64,000 bases of DNA from Nitrosopumilaceae archaeon (GTDB lineage: Archaea > Thermoproteota > Nitrososphaeria > Nitrososphaerales > Nitrosopumilaceae), in the NCBI GenBank assembly GCA_965214835.1, contig CBDCCK010000002.1:1856001-1920000 (forward strand), in the 5' to 3' direction. Below the pieces are notes generated by a model. It had not been told where the DNA came from. It ran no database searches and saw only the letters and a list, made by a program, of their open reading frames with translations. Every line of letters begins with the position of its first letter. The first letter of the stretch is position 1. The position numbers and the translations under genes are program-made. Of this stretch, positions 21,775 through 33,735 are shown one piece after another.

Positions 21775-23825
21775 GTACAACTTCAGGTCCTATTTAAAGC
21801 GCCTAGGGAACTTTTTGCCCGGAACTTTTTGATCCTTCCGCATCCGTTGTGACAGACCCGTTGCATCACTACACATCCTTTGTACATGCCAGGACCGACG
21901 CCATGCAGGCAACACATTGACGAGTGGCATCTGCAGGCAGTCAGGAGCCGTTGCACTCGATGCCGTTGACTGGCAGATTCAGTCGGATCCTTCGATATGA
22001 GGCTACGGGTTACGCCGTCCCGTAGGCGCCAGACGGATCATGATATCATCGGGGCTACGGGTACGACGGCCGTCTGGTTCCGGCGTACCGCCCCCTTGCC
22101 TGCACCCGGCCACACCGGCGGCGGCCCGGGACACTCAAAGACGCTGTATCTTGTACCGTCCGGATCTACAAGCGAGGACAGGCGTGGTGCGTCATCCTTG
22201 GCCCTGGCAAAGATGTCCCACTCCGGATCCCGCAGGTACTCCAGGAGCGCCCTGGCAGGATGTATGCCCTGCTTGCGGCACGTCATCGAAAACGTCGACA
22301 TCACGGAAAATGTCTCCCTTCCCCCGTCGGTCACGATCTTGTGGCGCGCATTGCGCTGTGGTATGATCCCGTCGCGTATGCACCGCTCGGTGTCGTTGTT
22401 GTGCGGCGGCATTCCCGGATGCGCCGCAGACGTAAGCATGTACGGTATGGCGTTTAGCAGGTGCGTGCGCACGCGCTTGTCCACGTATGTGCTGATTATT
22501 TCGTAGGCCTGCCTGGAAAGCTCCATGCATGTAAACGGTGCAAGCGTCCTGATTTCTTTTATCGTCCTGTAAAGTTCAAGCAGCAAATTATACCGTACCT
22601 CATCATCCCCACCCATCCTGACTGCAAGCTGCTCGGCATATGCCAGAAGGTGCCTCCAGCACCTCTGGATTATCTCAAAGTACACCTTGTACTGGGCCAG
22701 CCCGTCGACGACTATTGGAACCCTGGGATCCAGCCATCCAAAGTATGTATGCAGGACATCGGAGGACCGGGACGGTGCAAAGACCACAAAGCACGCCCCC
22801 GTACAGTTGAGCACCCAGACGTACCCCGTGTGCCCGTCGCCGCGCTTAAAGCCGGTCTCGTCCATCTGTATCCACGGCCGGGCAGCAATGAACGACTGTA
22901 TGCGCTGTATCATGTTTTGCTGGAGCGCATTTGCCATTGCGCGCCGCGCACCTGTCACGGTATTTGGGGCCATCCTGAACCCGAACAGGACCCGAAAGTA
23001 CTCTGCAATGTCCTCGTCGGTGTTTCCCTTCTCGGAGAACGTCGTGATTATGGAAAGCGAGAAGGGCCCGAGCGACGTTCCGCCCAGGAACGGGGTGGCC
23101 GCAACTACCTCGCCGTTGCATTTGGGACACACGGCATTCTGGATGATGGCATTGGCAGCACGCATGCGCATGGAGTCGTCCAGGTCGTTTACAAGCTTGT
23201 TGAGCGGCTTGAGCATCCTCAGCTGGACGTCGCACTTTGGGCACGCCTTGGAGTCAAGATCGTACCTCAATGTCCTAGACGGCCGGTTGCAGTGCGATAC
23301 GCCCCGGTGTCCGCACGGGGGGCCGCGCTTTTTGCCCCTGGCCGTGTCACCCGGACTGCCCCCCGGATCCTCGCCCCTTCGCTCCCTGAACTTCTTTCTG
23401 GCGCCATTATATAATGACGGCGTGGATGTGGGCATGTTGGGACTCTCGTACAGGGCAAGCCTTGCCTGAAGCCTGGTGCTCTCCTTTTTGGTGTCGGAGT
23501 TCTCCTTTTTGATGTCGGAGAGTTCCTTTTCCAGCCCGGAGATCTCATCCCGCTCCATGATCATGACAAGTGCCTTTCCAGGATCCGTACAGCGTGCAGG
23601 CGCGGCTTTGGAGTCCATGTGTACACCAAGCAGGCAAGATCAAAAAAGATTCCCGTTGAAATTCTTTGACCCGGATACTAATACTGGCACCCTTTCAGAA
23701 ATTTCATGCCTGCGATGTCTGGTCACAGATGTTTTATGCCCAGCCATGACTGCAAGGACATCTGATCATAAGATGCTGCCCAGGAAATGCCTGCCTGTCA
23801 GTATAAAAAGGACCTGAAGTTGTAC
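21775..23825 (-). mobile_element. IS66-family element with an intact 526-aa transposase (22038-23618)
   Basis: TIR GTACAACTTCAGGTCCT at both ends; DDE motifs as in 3807-7106. Confidence 0.9.
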
Positions 23826-24928
23826 ATTTAAGATAATACTGGAGCGCTTTACAGAGGCAGTCATGGCCGACGGGGACAGGCCCCTGTTCTGGGAGGATGA
23901 CGCAAGCCGCAGTGATGCCGGAAACTGGTGCAAGCTGCACATCAGGCACGCGCTGCTTGCAGAGCTCATGAGCCTGATGACCAGTGCGACGCAGCACCAC
24001 CTGGCCGCAACATTTGACGTCGACCAGTCCACGATATCTAGGTACCTCCAGTACTGTATCATGATACTGCGCAAGATACTACCTACTGCCGAAAAGATGG
24101 CAGACGTCATCCGCAAGACCCCTGCAGACAGGATAGAGGAGCTGATCCCAAAGACAATCCTGGTTGACGGGATCCTGACTCCCGTAGTCAGGTCCGGGGA
24201 CAAGACCGCAAGAAAGACCCGGTACACGGGAAGAAAAGAGGCACATGTACAACACGCTGGTCACCACTAACCTGGACGGCATCGCGCTAGACTGCAGCGA
24301 GACTGCAGACGGCAGCGTCAACGACAAGGGCCTGATGAATGCGGGATGTGGCCCGGACTTGAAGGCACACAAGAGCAATGAAGGCAGAAAACGCAGACGA
24401 TCCTGAAAGTGCGTTTACAGTTTACAGCGACCTGGCCTTTGAGGGCATCCAAAAGATGCTTCCGGGCGCCATACACAGGCAGCCTCCCAAGAAGCCCAGA
24501 GACGGGGAGCTTGCCGCGACGCAGAAGAGGCGCCGCAAGCAGATCAGCAGGGTCCGCGTCAAGGTGGAGCACCACATAGGGAAGTTCAAGAAATATGCCA
24601 TCCTGACCACGCCGTTTGGCGGAACCGCCAGGGATCTAAACTATTTCATGCAGGTAATTACGGGTCTTGAGAACCTCAAAACGGTATTGAAAATGAAAAA
24701 GTATCGCCATCTGCTTAACATATGACGTGCGGCGGTACGGGCCGCCTTTCTTATGACTTGACAACAGGGCACATCACCGTGCTATATCGTTGCACACGTC
24801 TTTTTGGCACGGGCCAATTCTTGCGCGCGTCATGACATATTTGTATGCGATAACTTGATCTGATCAACACATCAACTCTTGGAAAATCCTGCGGAACTTT
24901 TAGTCACGATCGATTACGCATAAAGTCT
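23826..24928 (+). mobile_element. 5'-truncated, frameshifted copy of the IS5 element at 15058-16531
   Basis: High identity to 15058-16165; TIR at the 24928 end. Confidence 0.85.
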
Positions 24929-24966
24929 AATAGACTTAAAAAGGATTCACACGTACATTCAATAAT

Positions 24967-25665
24967 TTGTCTTCTGATAGGGGCAAGCCCCAACCAATAG
25001 AATCTCAGTTAATGACAATAAGCGGTCCTTCAAGAATTTTCACTGTAATTCCACTTGATGATGATTTTACGACAATTCAATTTGATGGCGATATGACAAA
25101 CTGGTTTAAGAACAATGAACCAAGAAGTATTGAAAAACCTTCAATTAGATTAGCTCAAAATGCAATTCGTTATTTCTGTGATGATGGTGAGCTCAAACCC
25201 AATGGCATAGTTAGCAATCTGGCCCACATCTCCTTTGTGGCGAGCATATGCCCTGAGTCAGTATTTGTGAAGAATAACTTGGACTGCCATTCAAAAAGAA
25301 GGATGATGGCTATCGAGGTAGAATCCTTATTCCTAGCTGGCATGATAAAATACATCAGATCTGTATTTGATAAAATTGGATATAGTGGAAAGATAAATGT
25401 TGAGTATTCTTATCACAATGTTCAAGACTATAATTTTATTTCTAACAATTCTCTGAATCCAGGTTCTATGAGGACCCGCACTATTCAAACATCAGACTTT
25501 ACAATTAAACGTAAAATATCCCTGCCTTCACTAAACGAACAATCACTGATCACTTCAATTTTACAAGAAATAACTACTAAATGTGCTCGGCCTGAAGAAC
25601 AGGTCTATTTTAACAATTATGTGAGGACGGCAATAGACAGCGTAATGGAGATTGAAAATCTTTGA
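24967..25665 (+). CDS. Hypothetical low-GC protein, likely a remnant truncated by the IS, with its stop codon supplied by a MITE
   Basis: 232-aa ORF with no clear motif; its last codons lie inside the MITE at 25646-25731. Confidence 0.5.
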   Translation: MSSDRGKPQPIESQLMTISGPSRIFTVIPLDDDFTTIQFDGDMTNWFKNNEPRSIEKPSIRLAQNAIRYFCDDGELKPNGIVSNLAHISFVASICPESVFVKNNLDCHSKRRMMAIEVESLFLAGMIKYIRSVFDKIGYSGKINVEYSYHNVQDYNFISNNSLNPGSMRTRTIQTSDFTIKRKISLPSLNEQSLITSILQEITTKCARPEEQVYFNNYVRTAIDSVMEIENL

Positions 25666-25809
25666 TCACCAAAAAATCCCTTCTTGCGTAGTTCATACTC
25701 ACACGAGCTCAAGAACTCTTAATCGTCACTATGGGTTCCTCAATAGTAGACGAAAATGTGCCCCATCCCCAACCCCCTGCAGGCAGCATAAAAGAATCCC
25801 GTCCGAAGA

Positions 25810-26383
25810 GGGGTTGTCCAAAAAATTTCCGCAAAATGACCGCCAAGATTATAGATCATGGGCACACGGCACCGAAAACGATCTTGATCAGCCGGGCCCG
25901 GACATCATGATGAGCAACGACATGAAGAACACGGACTACTGCCGGCCCTGCGAGCAGAAGCGCAGGTAGGAGAGCAGGATGGCCACGCACCTGGATGCAA
26001 ACCCGGACGATCTCAAGCGGTGCGGCCTGAGATCGTCCGGGTTTGCATCCAGGTGCGTGGCCATGGTCCTGTAGGACAGGCGATTCTCGATCCTGAGGAT
26101 CGCAATGCGTATGGCAGACCACGCAAGTCGGGCGTCGATTCCCGTCTCGGCCGCCATCTTCCCGGCCGTCCTGCGTACGATCTTTCTCAGATTCTTCATC
26201 ATCCTCTTCTTGCGGGAGCTCTCCTGCCTGCGCTTTTGCTCGTAGAGGCGGTTGTAGTCTGTGTTCTTTCTGTCGTTGCTCATTGGAATATCCAGGATCG
26301 GCTGATCAAGATCGCTTTCGGTGCCGTGCGCCCATGATCCATAAGCCTAGCAGTCATTTTGCGGAAATTTTTTGGACAACCCC
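25810..26383. mobile_element. Fold-back element made of two inverted left ends of the 7952-type IS
   Basis: TIR GGGGTTGTCCAAAAAATTTCCGCAAAATGAC on both sides, the transposase N-terminus on both strands, and a 37-bp perfect hairpin. Confidence 0.8.
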
Positions 26384-26630
26384 TGCAAATCCGCTATTTT
26401 TAATAATCTGACTCGATTTAACCATGATATCAGAATGAACGTCTTATGCGTCTCCATGCGGCAGGGCATCCATGCCAGAGCCTTGGTGATCATTGGGGGG
26501 GGGGGTTCCCGACGGCGGGGCAGGGATCGAGGCGGAACGGCTCGGGTCTTGGCGGCTGTGATGGATTTGTATGCGGTCATGACCCTGGCGGCACAGGGGC
26601 CTGTCCGTACGGAATCTGTACCCGTACGGC

Positions 26631-29600
26631 ATGCGGCCGGACATTCTTGCTGGATGCAGGCAACTACGGACGGTACGGCGGGGGATGCATATGCACATGA
26701 GGCACCGCGCCCGTACTGAATCCGTGGCATGCGGCCTGCCGCATCTGCGGCACACGCCATGCCGGGCCTCTGCAGGGCCCCTCCTCCCGTACCTGGTGCT
26801 CATCGCAGCTGCCGTCTCATGCTTGGCCGTCGCTGGTGGCCTGCAGGAGGCATATGCACAGAGCTCGGTCGAGGTGTCCCCGGTTGGGGATTTGGAAAAC
26901 AATAACTCCAGGCTGCTTGACGGCGCCACCGGCGTGGACGTCTTTACGATAGGCGACAGGACCTACGCCGTAGTGGCCGCCCGCGACGACGACGGCATCC
27001 AGATTGTAGATATCACCAACCCTGCCAGTCCGACTGCCGCCGGGAATCTGGGTGATGATAACTCCAGGCTGCTTGACGGCGCCCACGGCGTGGCCGTCTT
27101 TACGATAGGCGACAGGACCTACGCCGTAGTGGCCGCCCGCTTCAGCGACGGCATCCAGATTGTAGATATCACCAACCCTGCCAGTCCGGCTGCCGCCGGG
27201 AATCTGGCAGACACTGAGGGCGACAACGAGCTGCTGCTTGACGGCGCCCGCGGCGTGGACACCTTCACGATAGGCGGCAAGACCTATGCCGCAGTGGCCT
27301 CCTTCATCGACGACGGCATCCAGATTGTAGACGTCTCCAACCCTGCCAGTCCGGCTGCCGCCGGGAATCTGGGGAATACCGGCTCCCTGGAGCTTGACGG
27401 CGCCACCGGCGTGGACGTCTTTACGAAAGGCGGCAAGACCTATGCTGCAGTGGCCTCATGGCTTGATGACGGCATCCAGATTGTAGATGTCTCCAACCCT
27501 GCCAGTCCGACTGCCGCCGGGAATCTGGGAGACCGGGGTATCCGGGAGCTTGACGGCGCCATCGGCGTGGCCGCCTTCCAGAGGGGCAGCAAGGCATTTC
27601 TGGCAGTCGCCTCCGTTGATGACGACGGCCTTGAGATTGTAGACGTCACCAGTCCTCACGGTCCGACTGCCGCCGGAAGGCTGGATGATGATGGTTCCCG
27701 CCTGCTTGACGGCGCCTACGGCGTGGACGTCTTTACGATAGGCAGCAGGACCTATGCTGCAGCGGCCTCCTCCGTCGACGACGGCATCCAGATCATACAC
27801 GTCTCCGATCCTACCGCTGCCCACACCGTTGGCAAGCTGGGAGATAATAACTCCCTGGAGCTTGACGGCGCCACCGACGTGGACGTCTTCACGATAGGCG
27901 GCGGCACCTACGCGGCAGTAGTGTCCCAAAACGACGACGGCCTCCAGATGGTAATTATCGGCAAGCAGGGAGCTCCGGAGTTTGCATCGGCTACACTAGA
28001 CGACAACACGGGCACCATGACGATCACCTTCAGCGAGGTCATAGACGTCTCGGATACGGACCTCTCAAAGATATACGTCAGTGATGCAGGCCAGACCAAC
28101 GGGGTGTCTATGAGCGGGGCCACCTTTGATGATGCGGTGCCGGACTCGGAGACGATATCGATTACCCTTACACGGGCACAGCTGGACGGCATAGCCGCAA
28201 TGAGGGTCCCGCAGCTTGACATCGCGGCGGGAGCGGTGGAGGATCATGCCGGACATCACATAGGCACCGCACGCGACAAAACAGTCACGACGGCCAGCCC
28301 GGACAGCCCGATCCCCGCCGGAAGGCTGCCTGATGGTGCGGGGTTGTATCTTGAAAAGTCACGCGGCGTGGATACCTTTACAATAGGAAGCAACGCCTAC
28401 GCCGTCGCCGTCTCCAGCACCGAGGACGGCCTCCAGATCGTGGATATCACCAATCCCGCCCGCCTGACTCCCGCCGGAAATATGAGGGATGCACACAACA
28501 GCCTGCTTGACGGCGCCCGCGCCGTGGACACCTTCACGAAAGGCAGCAAGACCTACGCCACAGTGGCCTCGCATGCCGAGGACGGCATCCAGATTGTCGA
28601 CGTCTCCAATCCGGCCAGCCCGAAGCCCACCGGCAATATGGGCGTTTATGCCTCTTCCCGCCTGCTTGACGGCGCCAACGGCGTGAGCAACTTTAAGATC
28701 GACGGCGGCACCTACGCGGCAGTCACCTCCCAGTACGACGGCGGCCTCCAGATCATAGATGTCACCAAGCCCAACAATCCGGCAGAGTCCGGGAGGCTGG
28801 AGGATAGCACCTCGCGGCTGCTTGAGGATACCTCCTCTGTGGACACCTTCAGGAGGGGCGGCTCCACATATGCAGTAGTGGCCTCGTGGGGGGATGACGG
28901 CCTTGAGATCATAGACGTCAGCAACCCGTCCAGTCCTGCAGAGACGGGACGGCTGGCAGACGACAATGACGTGCTGCTCAGGGGAATCCGCGCCGTGGAT
29001 GCATTCGAGGCGGGAGGCTCTGCATACGTGGCAGTGGCGTCACATCCTGAAAACGGCCTCCAGATCGTGGACGTCTCGGATCCCGCCAGTCCGTCACCTG
29101 CCGGAAAGCTGGCAGACGGCGGCGACCGGCTGCTTGGCGGGGCCAGCGGCGTGGAGATATTCGTGGTGGACCAGGCAATCTACGCCGCAGTGGCCTCCCA
29201 GTCTGACGACGGCCTCCAGATCGTGGACGTCTCGGATCCGGACAATCCCGCAGAGGCCGGATCCCTGAGGGACGGCCCGGGACTCTCGCTTGACGCGGCC
29301 CGAGATCTGTCCGTGTTCACCCGCAACGGGGATACGTACGCCGTGGTGGCCTCTGACACGGAGGGCCTCCAGACAGTAAAGCTTGCAGAGGCCCCCAACA
29401 GCCCGCCGGTGGCGCCTGACGAGACGGCTTCCACTGCAGAGGACACGCCTGTAACCATAACGCCTGCCATATCGGATCCCGACACATCGGACACCCCGGT
29501 GATATCAGCAGTGGTGGATCCGCCCAACGGGACTGCAACCCATGACGATGATACGATAACCTACACGCCAGATCAGGACTATGAGGGTACGGACACGTTC

Positions 29601-32600
29601 GAATATACCGTAAGTGACGGCACCGGCACCACACAGGGCACGGTAACGGTAACAGTCACGCGCGACAACAACGATCCCGTTCTGGGTACCATAGGAGACC
29701 AGACGGCTACTCCGGATGTTCAATTAACCATAACGCCGACTGTAACTGACGCCGATCCTACCGATACGCACACGTATTCCATAACGCGCGGCACGCTGCC
29801 GGCAGCCGCCGCATTCACTGCATCTGACGGCACCCTCGTCTGGACGCCCGTATCGGCTGATGCCGGGCAGACTCACGAGGTTACAATAACGGTAAATGAT
29901 GGCCGCAGCGGTACCGACTCGGAGACATTTGACATAGTTGTGCCCGCCGCAATCACGCTCACCCCGGTCGGGAGTCTGGACGACAGCCCGCAACTGCTAC
30001 TTCACGGCGCCTTTGGCGTGGACGTATTCACGATAGGCAGCAACACCTACGCGGTCGTCGCCTCCGAATACGATGACGGCATCCAGCTAGTTGACATCAC
30101 CAACCCTGCCAGTCCTGCAGCCGCCGGCAGTCTGAACGATACGGGTTCCACGGTGCTTGACGGCCCCCAGGGCGTGGACGTCTTTACGATAGGCAGCAAC
30201 ACCTATGCGGCAGTGGCCTCCTTCGTCGATGGCGGCATCCAGATCATAGACATCACCAACCCTGCCAGTCCTGCAGCCGCCGGCAATCTGACCGATACGG
30301 GTTCCAGTGTGCTTGACGGCGCCCGCGATGTGGACGTCTTTACGATAGGCAGCAACACCTACGCGGCCGTCGTCTCCCTCGACGAAGACGGCATCCAGCT
30401 AGTGGACATCACCAATCCTGCCAGTCCTGCAGCCGCCGGCAGCCTGGACGATACGGGTTCCACGGTGCTTGGCGGCGCCCGCGGTGTGGATGTATTCACG
30501 ATAGGCAGCAACACCTATGCGGCAGTGGCCGCCGAATACGAAGACGGCATACAACTAGTGGATGTCACCAACCCTGCCAGTCCTGTAGCCGCCGGCAGCC
30601 TGAAAGAAGGTCAAGGTGGCTCTCAGGACCTTGACGGTTCATATGCTGTGGACACCTTCACGATAGGCAGCAACACCTACGCAGCAGTGGTTGGCGAAGC
30701 AGATAACGGCCTCCAGATTGTAGACATCACCAATCCTGCCAGTCTCACGGCCACGGGAAGTATAGGGGATACCGGCACCACGCGGCTTAAAAGTCCACGC
30801 GGCGTGGATGTATTCACGATAGACAGCAGTACTTATGCAATCGTTGCATCCGCCCATAACAACGGCATCCAGCTAGTTGACATCACCAATCCTGCCAGTC
30901 CTATCCAAGCCGGGAATCTGGGGGATACGGGCTCCTTGGAGCTCCTCAGTCCACGCGGCGTGGCCGTCTTTACAATTGGACAAGACGTCTACGCGGCAGT
31001 TGCCGCCTTTGGCGACCACGGCCTCCAGCTGGTGAGGCTGGGCGGGGAGGCAGAGACGCCCAACAGTCTGCCGGTGGCACCTGACGAGACGGCAACCACC
31101 GCAGAGGATACGCCCATTACCATAACGCCTACAATATCGGATCCGGACACATCGGATACCCCGATGATATCGGCAGTAGAGAACCCGCCAAACGGGTCTG
31201 TTATACATGATGATACCACCATAACTTATACGCCTGATCAGGGCTATACGGGCACCGATACGTTCGGATATACGGTAACTGATGGCACCGACTCTGTACA
31301 AGGCACGGTAACGGTAACCGTCACACGCGACAACAACACCTCAAAGGCAATATCTGACCTGCTAAGCATCTACCACGCAAGGCCAGACCTGCAGGCAGCA
31401 TACCCGGAGGCCGGCTCCGGCGACGATATGACGAGACTACTCAGATGGGCATGGCAGTACGGAATTGTTGACTATCCTGCAGACCCCAACGGCCCACACG
31501 CAGTCCTGGGTCCGCACGCGCACACCTATGCACTGCTCTCCATATACGACGCAAGGCCCGACCTGCAGGCAGCATACCCGGAGGTCGTGGCAGGCGATCG
31601 TGACGCACTGACTGTCTGGGCGCGCGACTGGGGAATCAACGACTATCCGGATGATCCCGTGGGTCCTGCCGCAGTCCTGGGTCCGCACGCGCACACCTAT
31701 GCACTGCTCTCCATATACGACGCAAGGCCCGACCTGCAGGCAGCATACCCGGAGGTCGTGGCAGGCGATCGTGACGCACTGACTGTCTGGGCGCGCGACT
31801 GGGGAATCAACGACTATCCGGATGATCCCGTGGGTCCTGCCGCAGTCCTGGGTCCGCACGCGCACACCTATGCACTGCTCTCCATATACGACGCAAGGCC
31901 CGACCTGCAGGCAGCATACCCGGAGGTCGTGGCAGGCGATCGTGACGCACTGACTGTCTGGGCGCGCGACTGGGGAATCAACGACTATCCGGATGATCCC
32001 GTGGGTCCTGCCGCAGTCCTGGGTCCGCACGCGCACACCTATGCACTGCTCTCCATATACGACGCAAGGCCCGACCTGCAGGCAGCATACCCGGAGGTCG
32101 TGGCAGGCGATCGTGACGCACTGACTGTCTGGGCGCGCGACTGGGGAATCAACGACTATCCGGATGATCCCGTGGGTCCTGCCGCAGTCCTGGGTCCGCA
32201 CGCGCACACCTATGCACTGCTCTCCATATACGACGCAAGGCCCGACCTGCAGGCAGCATACCCGGAGGTCGTGGCAGGCGATCGTGACGCACTGACTGTC
32301 TGGGCGCGCGACTGGGGAATCAACGACTATCCGGATGATCCCGTGGGTCCTGCCGCAGTCCTGGGTCCGCACGCGCACACCTATGCACTGCTCTCCATAT
32401 ACGACGCAAGGCCCGACCTGCAGGCAGCATACCCGGAGGTCGTGGCAGGCGATCGTGACGCACTGACTGTCTGGGCGCGCGACTGGGGAATCAACGACTA
32501 TCCGGATGATCCCGTGGGTCCTGCCGCAGTCCTGGGTTCGCACGCGCACACCTATGCACTGCTCTCCATATACGACGCAAGGCCCGACCTGCAGGCAGCA

Positions 32601-32717
32601 TACCCGGAGGTCGTGGCAGGCGATCGTGACGCACTGATCAAGTGGATACGGGATTACGGGATAACTGAATATCCGTCTGTCCTAGGCCCATATGCACACA
32701 TCTATGGTAGAGACTAA
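26631..32717 (+). CDS. Giant secreted LVIVD-repeat (beta-propeller) surface protein with Ig/cadherin-like domains and C-terminal 57-aa repeats; the true start is probably later than 26631
   Basis: Signal-like 'YLVLIAAAVSCLAVAGGLQEAYAQ', many 'DDGIQIVDITNP' repeats, and Ig-like 'TAEDTPVTI...YTP...GTDTF.YTVSDG' units. Confidence 0.9.
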   Translation: MRPDILAGCRQLRTVRRGMHMHMRHRARTESVACGLPHLRHTPCRASAGPLLPYLVLIAAAVSCLAVAGGLQEAYAQSSVEVSPVGDLENNNSRLLDGATGVDVFTIGDRTYAVVAARDDDGIQIVDITNPASPTAAGNLGDDNSRLLDGAHGVAVFTIGDRTYAVVAARFSDGIQIVDITNPASPAAAGNLADTEGDNELLLDGARGVDTFTIGGKTYAAVASFIDDGIQIVDVSNPASPAAAGNLGNTGSLELDGATGVDVFTKGGKTYAAVASWLDDGIQIVDVSNPASPTAAGNLGDRGIRELDGAIGVAAFQRGSKAFLAVASVDDDGLEIVDVTSPHGPTAAGRLDDDGSRLLDGAYGVDVFTIGSRTYAAAASSVDDGIQIIHVSDPTAAHTVGKLGDNNSLELDGATDVDVFTIGGGTYAAVVSQNDDGLQMVIIGKQGAPEFASATLDDNTGTMTITFSEVIDVSDTDLSKIYVSDAGQTNGVSMSGATFDDAVPDSETISITLTRAQLDGIAAMRVPQLDIAAGAVEDHAGHHIGTARDKTVTTASPDSPIPAGRLPDGAGLYLEKSRGVDTFTIGSNAYAVAVSSTEDGLQIVDITNPARLTPAGNMRDAHNSLLDGARAVDTFTKGSKTYATVASHAEDGIQIVDVSNPASPKPTGNMGVYASSRLLDGANGVSNFKIDGGTYAAVTSQYDGGLQIIDVTKPNNPAESGRLEDSTSRLLEDTSSVDTFRRGGSTYAVVASWGDDGLEIIDVSNPSSPAETGRLADDNDVLLRGIRAVDAFEAGGSAYVAVASHPENGLQIVDVSDPASPSPAGKLADGGDRLLGGASGVEIFVVDQAIYAAVASQSDDGLQIVDVSDPDNPAEAGSLRDGPGLSLDAARDLSVFTRNGDTYAVVASDTEGLQTVKLAEAPNSPPVAPDETASTAEDTPVTITPAISDPDTSDTPVISAVVDPPNGTATHDDDTITYTPDQDYEGTDTFEYTVSDGTGTTQGTVTVTVTRDNNDPVLGTIGDQTATPDVQLTITPTVTDADPTDTHTYSITRGTLPAAAAFTASDGTLVWTPVSADAGQTHEVTITVNDGRSGTDSETFDIVVPAAITLTPVGSLDDSPQLLLHGAFGVDVFTIGSNTYAVVASEYDDGIQLVDITNPASPAAAGSLNDTGSTVLDGPQGVDVFTIGSNTYAAVASFVDGGIQIIDITNPASPAAAGNLTDTGSSVLDGARDVDVFTIGSNTYAAVVSLDEDGIQLVDITNPASPAAAGSLDDTGSTVLGGARGVDVFTIGSNTYAAVAAEYEDGIQLVDVTNPASPVAAGSLKEGQGGSQDLDGSYAVDTFTIGSNTYAAVVGEADNGLQIVDITNPASLTATGSIGDTGTTRLKSPRGVDVFTIDSSTYAIVASAHNNGIQLVDITNPASPIQAGNLGDTGSLELLSPRGVAVFTIGQDVYAAVAAFGDHGLQLVRLGGEAETPNSLPVAPDETATTAEDTPITITPTISDPDTSDTPMISAVENPPNGSVIHDDTTITYTPDQGYTGTDTFGYTVTDGTDSVQGTVTVTVTRDNNTSKAISDLLSIYHARPDLQAAYPEAGSGDDMTRLLRWAWQYGIVDYPADPNGPHAVLGPHAHTYALLSIYDARPDLQAAYPEVVAGDRDALTVWARDWGINDYPDDPVGPAAVLGPHAHTYALLSIYDARPDLQAAYPEVVAGDRDALTVWARDWGINDYPDDPVGPAAVLGPHAHTYALLSIYDARPDLQAAYPEVVAGDRDALTVWARDWGINDYPDDPVGPAAVLGPHAHTYALLSIYDARPDLQAAYPEVVAGDRDALTVWARDWGINDYPDDPVGPAAVLGPHAHTYALLSIYDARPDLQAAYPEVVAGDRDALTVWARDWGINDYPDDPVGPAAVLGPHAHTYALLSIYDARPDLQAAYPEVVAGDRDALTVWARDWGINDYPDDPVGPAAVLGSHAHTYALLSIYDARPDLQAAYPEVVAGDRDALIKWIRDYGITEYPSVLGPYAHIYGRD
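31356..32714 (+). repeat. 171-bp (57-aa) tandem array, eight units
   Basis: Units start at 31530, 31701, 31872, 32043, 32214, 32385 and 32556, plus a divergent first unit. Confidence 0.95.
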
Positions 32718-32730
32718 ATGTCTTAAAACG

Positions 32731-32860
32731 GGGGTTGTCGCCTAATTCCACCTGCCGGACTCAATCCGCACATTTTTCTGAATCTCCACCATTTTTGCAC
32801 GCCTAGTCCGGATAACATCATATGATTTTCAGAAATTCTGATGAATTAGGCGACAACCCC
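32731..32860. repeat. 130-bp MITE with 9-bp target-site duplication; second copy at 63014-63143
   Basis: TIR GGGGTTGTCGCCTAATT. Duplications CTTAAAACG here and GATGTTTTG at the second copy. Confidence 0.9.
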
Positions 32861-33419
32861 CTTAAAACGTAACAGGCTCATGTATGAACACGATATCGCG
32901 TATCTGACACCGGCCGCATCCAGCTCGGAGATGACTGCTGCCGAAAAGAACTCGCGGTCTAGCATCACGGTAATAGCTCGGGCTCTGGAAGCTGCTCCTA
33001 ATTTCAGGCACGAGTCTGCCCGGGAGGCCTCTCCGAGGTGGCAAAACCCATGCCTGAACTTCCAGAACCCGAGCTGCTACGCATCGCGACTCCGAGATCG
33101 GCCCCGCGCGGCGTGCAGAATCGATGATTTTACGCACGAAATCGGCCGTATCCTCAAGGGGTCGGCATGTGCAGTGTTCCCAGCACAAGGCGGCAGTGGC
33201 TCACTATACACTGTGTGGTGATGTACTGCTAAAAGACTATCGTCCCACTCTTCTTCTTGGAGCGGATCAGCTCCCTGAGAGGTGATCCAAAATTAGAAAC
33301 AATGTAAATTTTTCATGTAATTTCACAGATAGTTTGTATATTGTTGATGTTTTGAGCCGTTCTATGCAAATTCGTTCACAAATAATCAGAGTTTGCTAAT
33401 TTCGAATCAACTCTCTGAG

Positions 33420-33625
33420 ATCGTCGGCAGCGAGCCCGAACGGCCAGTCCCACACAGAGGAGGACTCCATGACGTATTTGGCGTCCTCCGAAATCCCTGC
33501 AAACGCCCTTCTTATCTCGCCGTCCTTGTTGCTGATTTTTGTGTTCCTCAGCACCTTGCCGCTCTTGTCCATCACCGCAACTTGGATGAACTCCTTGTAC
33601 ACGTCTAGGCCTACGTACTGCTGCT
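33420..33625 (-). pseudogene. IS110 transposase N-terminal fragment
   Basis: 'YVGLDVYKEFIQVAVMD...YVMESS' (DEDD RuvC start). Confidence 0.7.
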
Positions 33626-33735
33626 ACACCGCCTTTGGTTTCACGCGTGTCCTCTTTTTTGCGGTAATCTGCATGTTTGCATTGCCTCTTATCTTGGCAC
33701 CGCCTGAATTTCGTCTTTGAGGCACATATGGTTAC

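Noticed and set aside
32880-33221. 113-aa ORF between two MITEs
   Set aside because: It has no recognisable motif and is likely debris.
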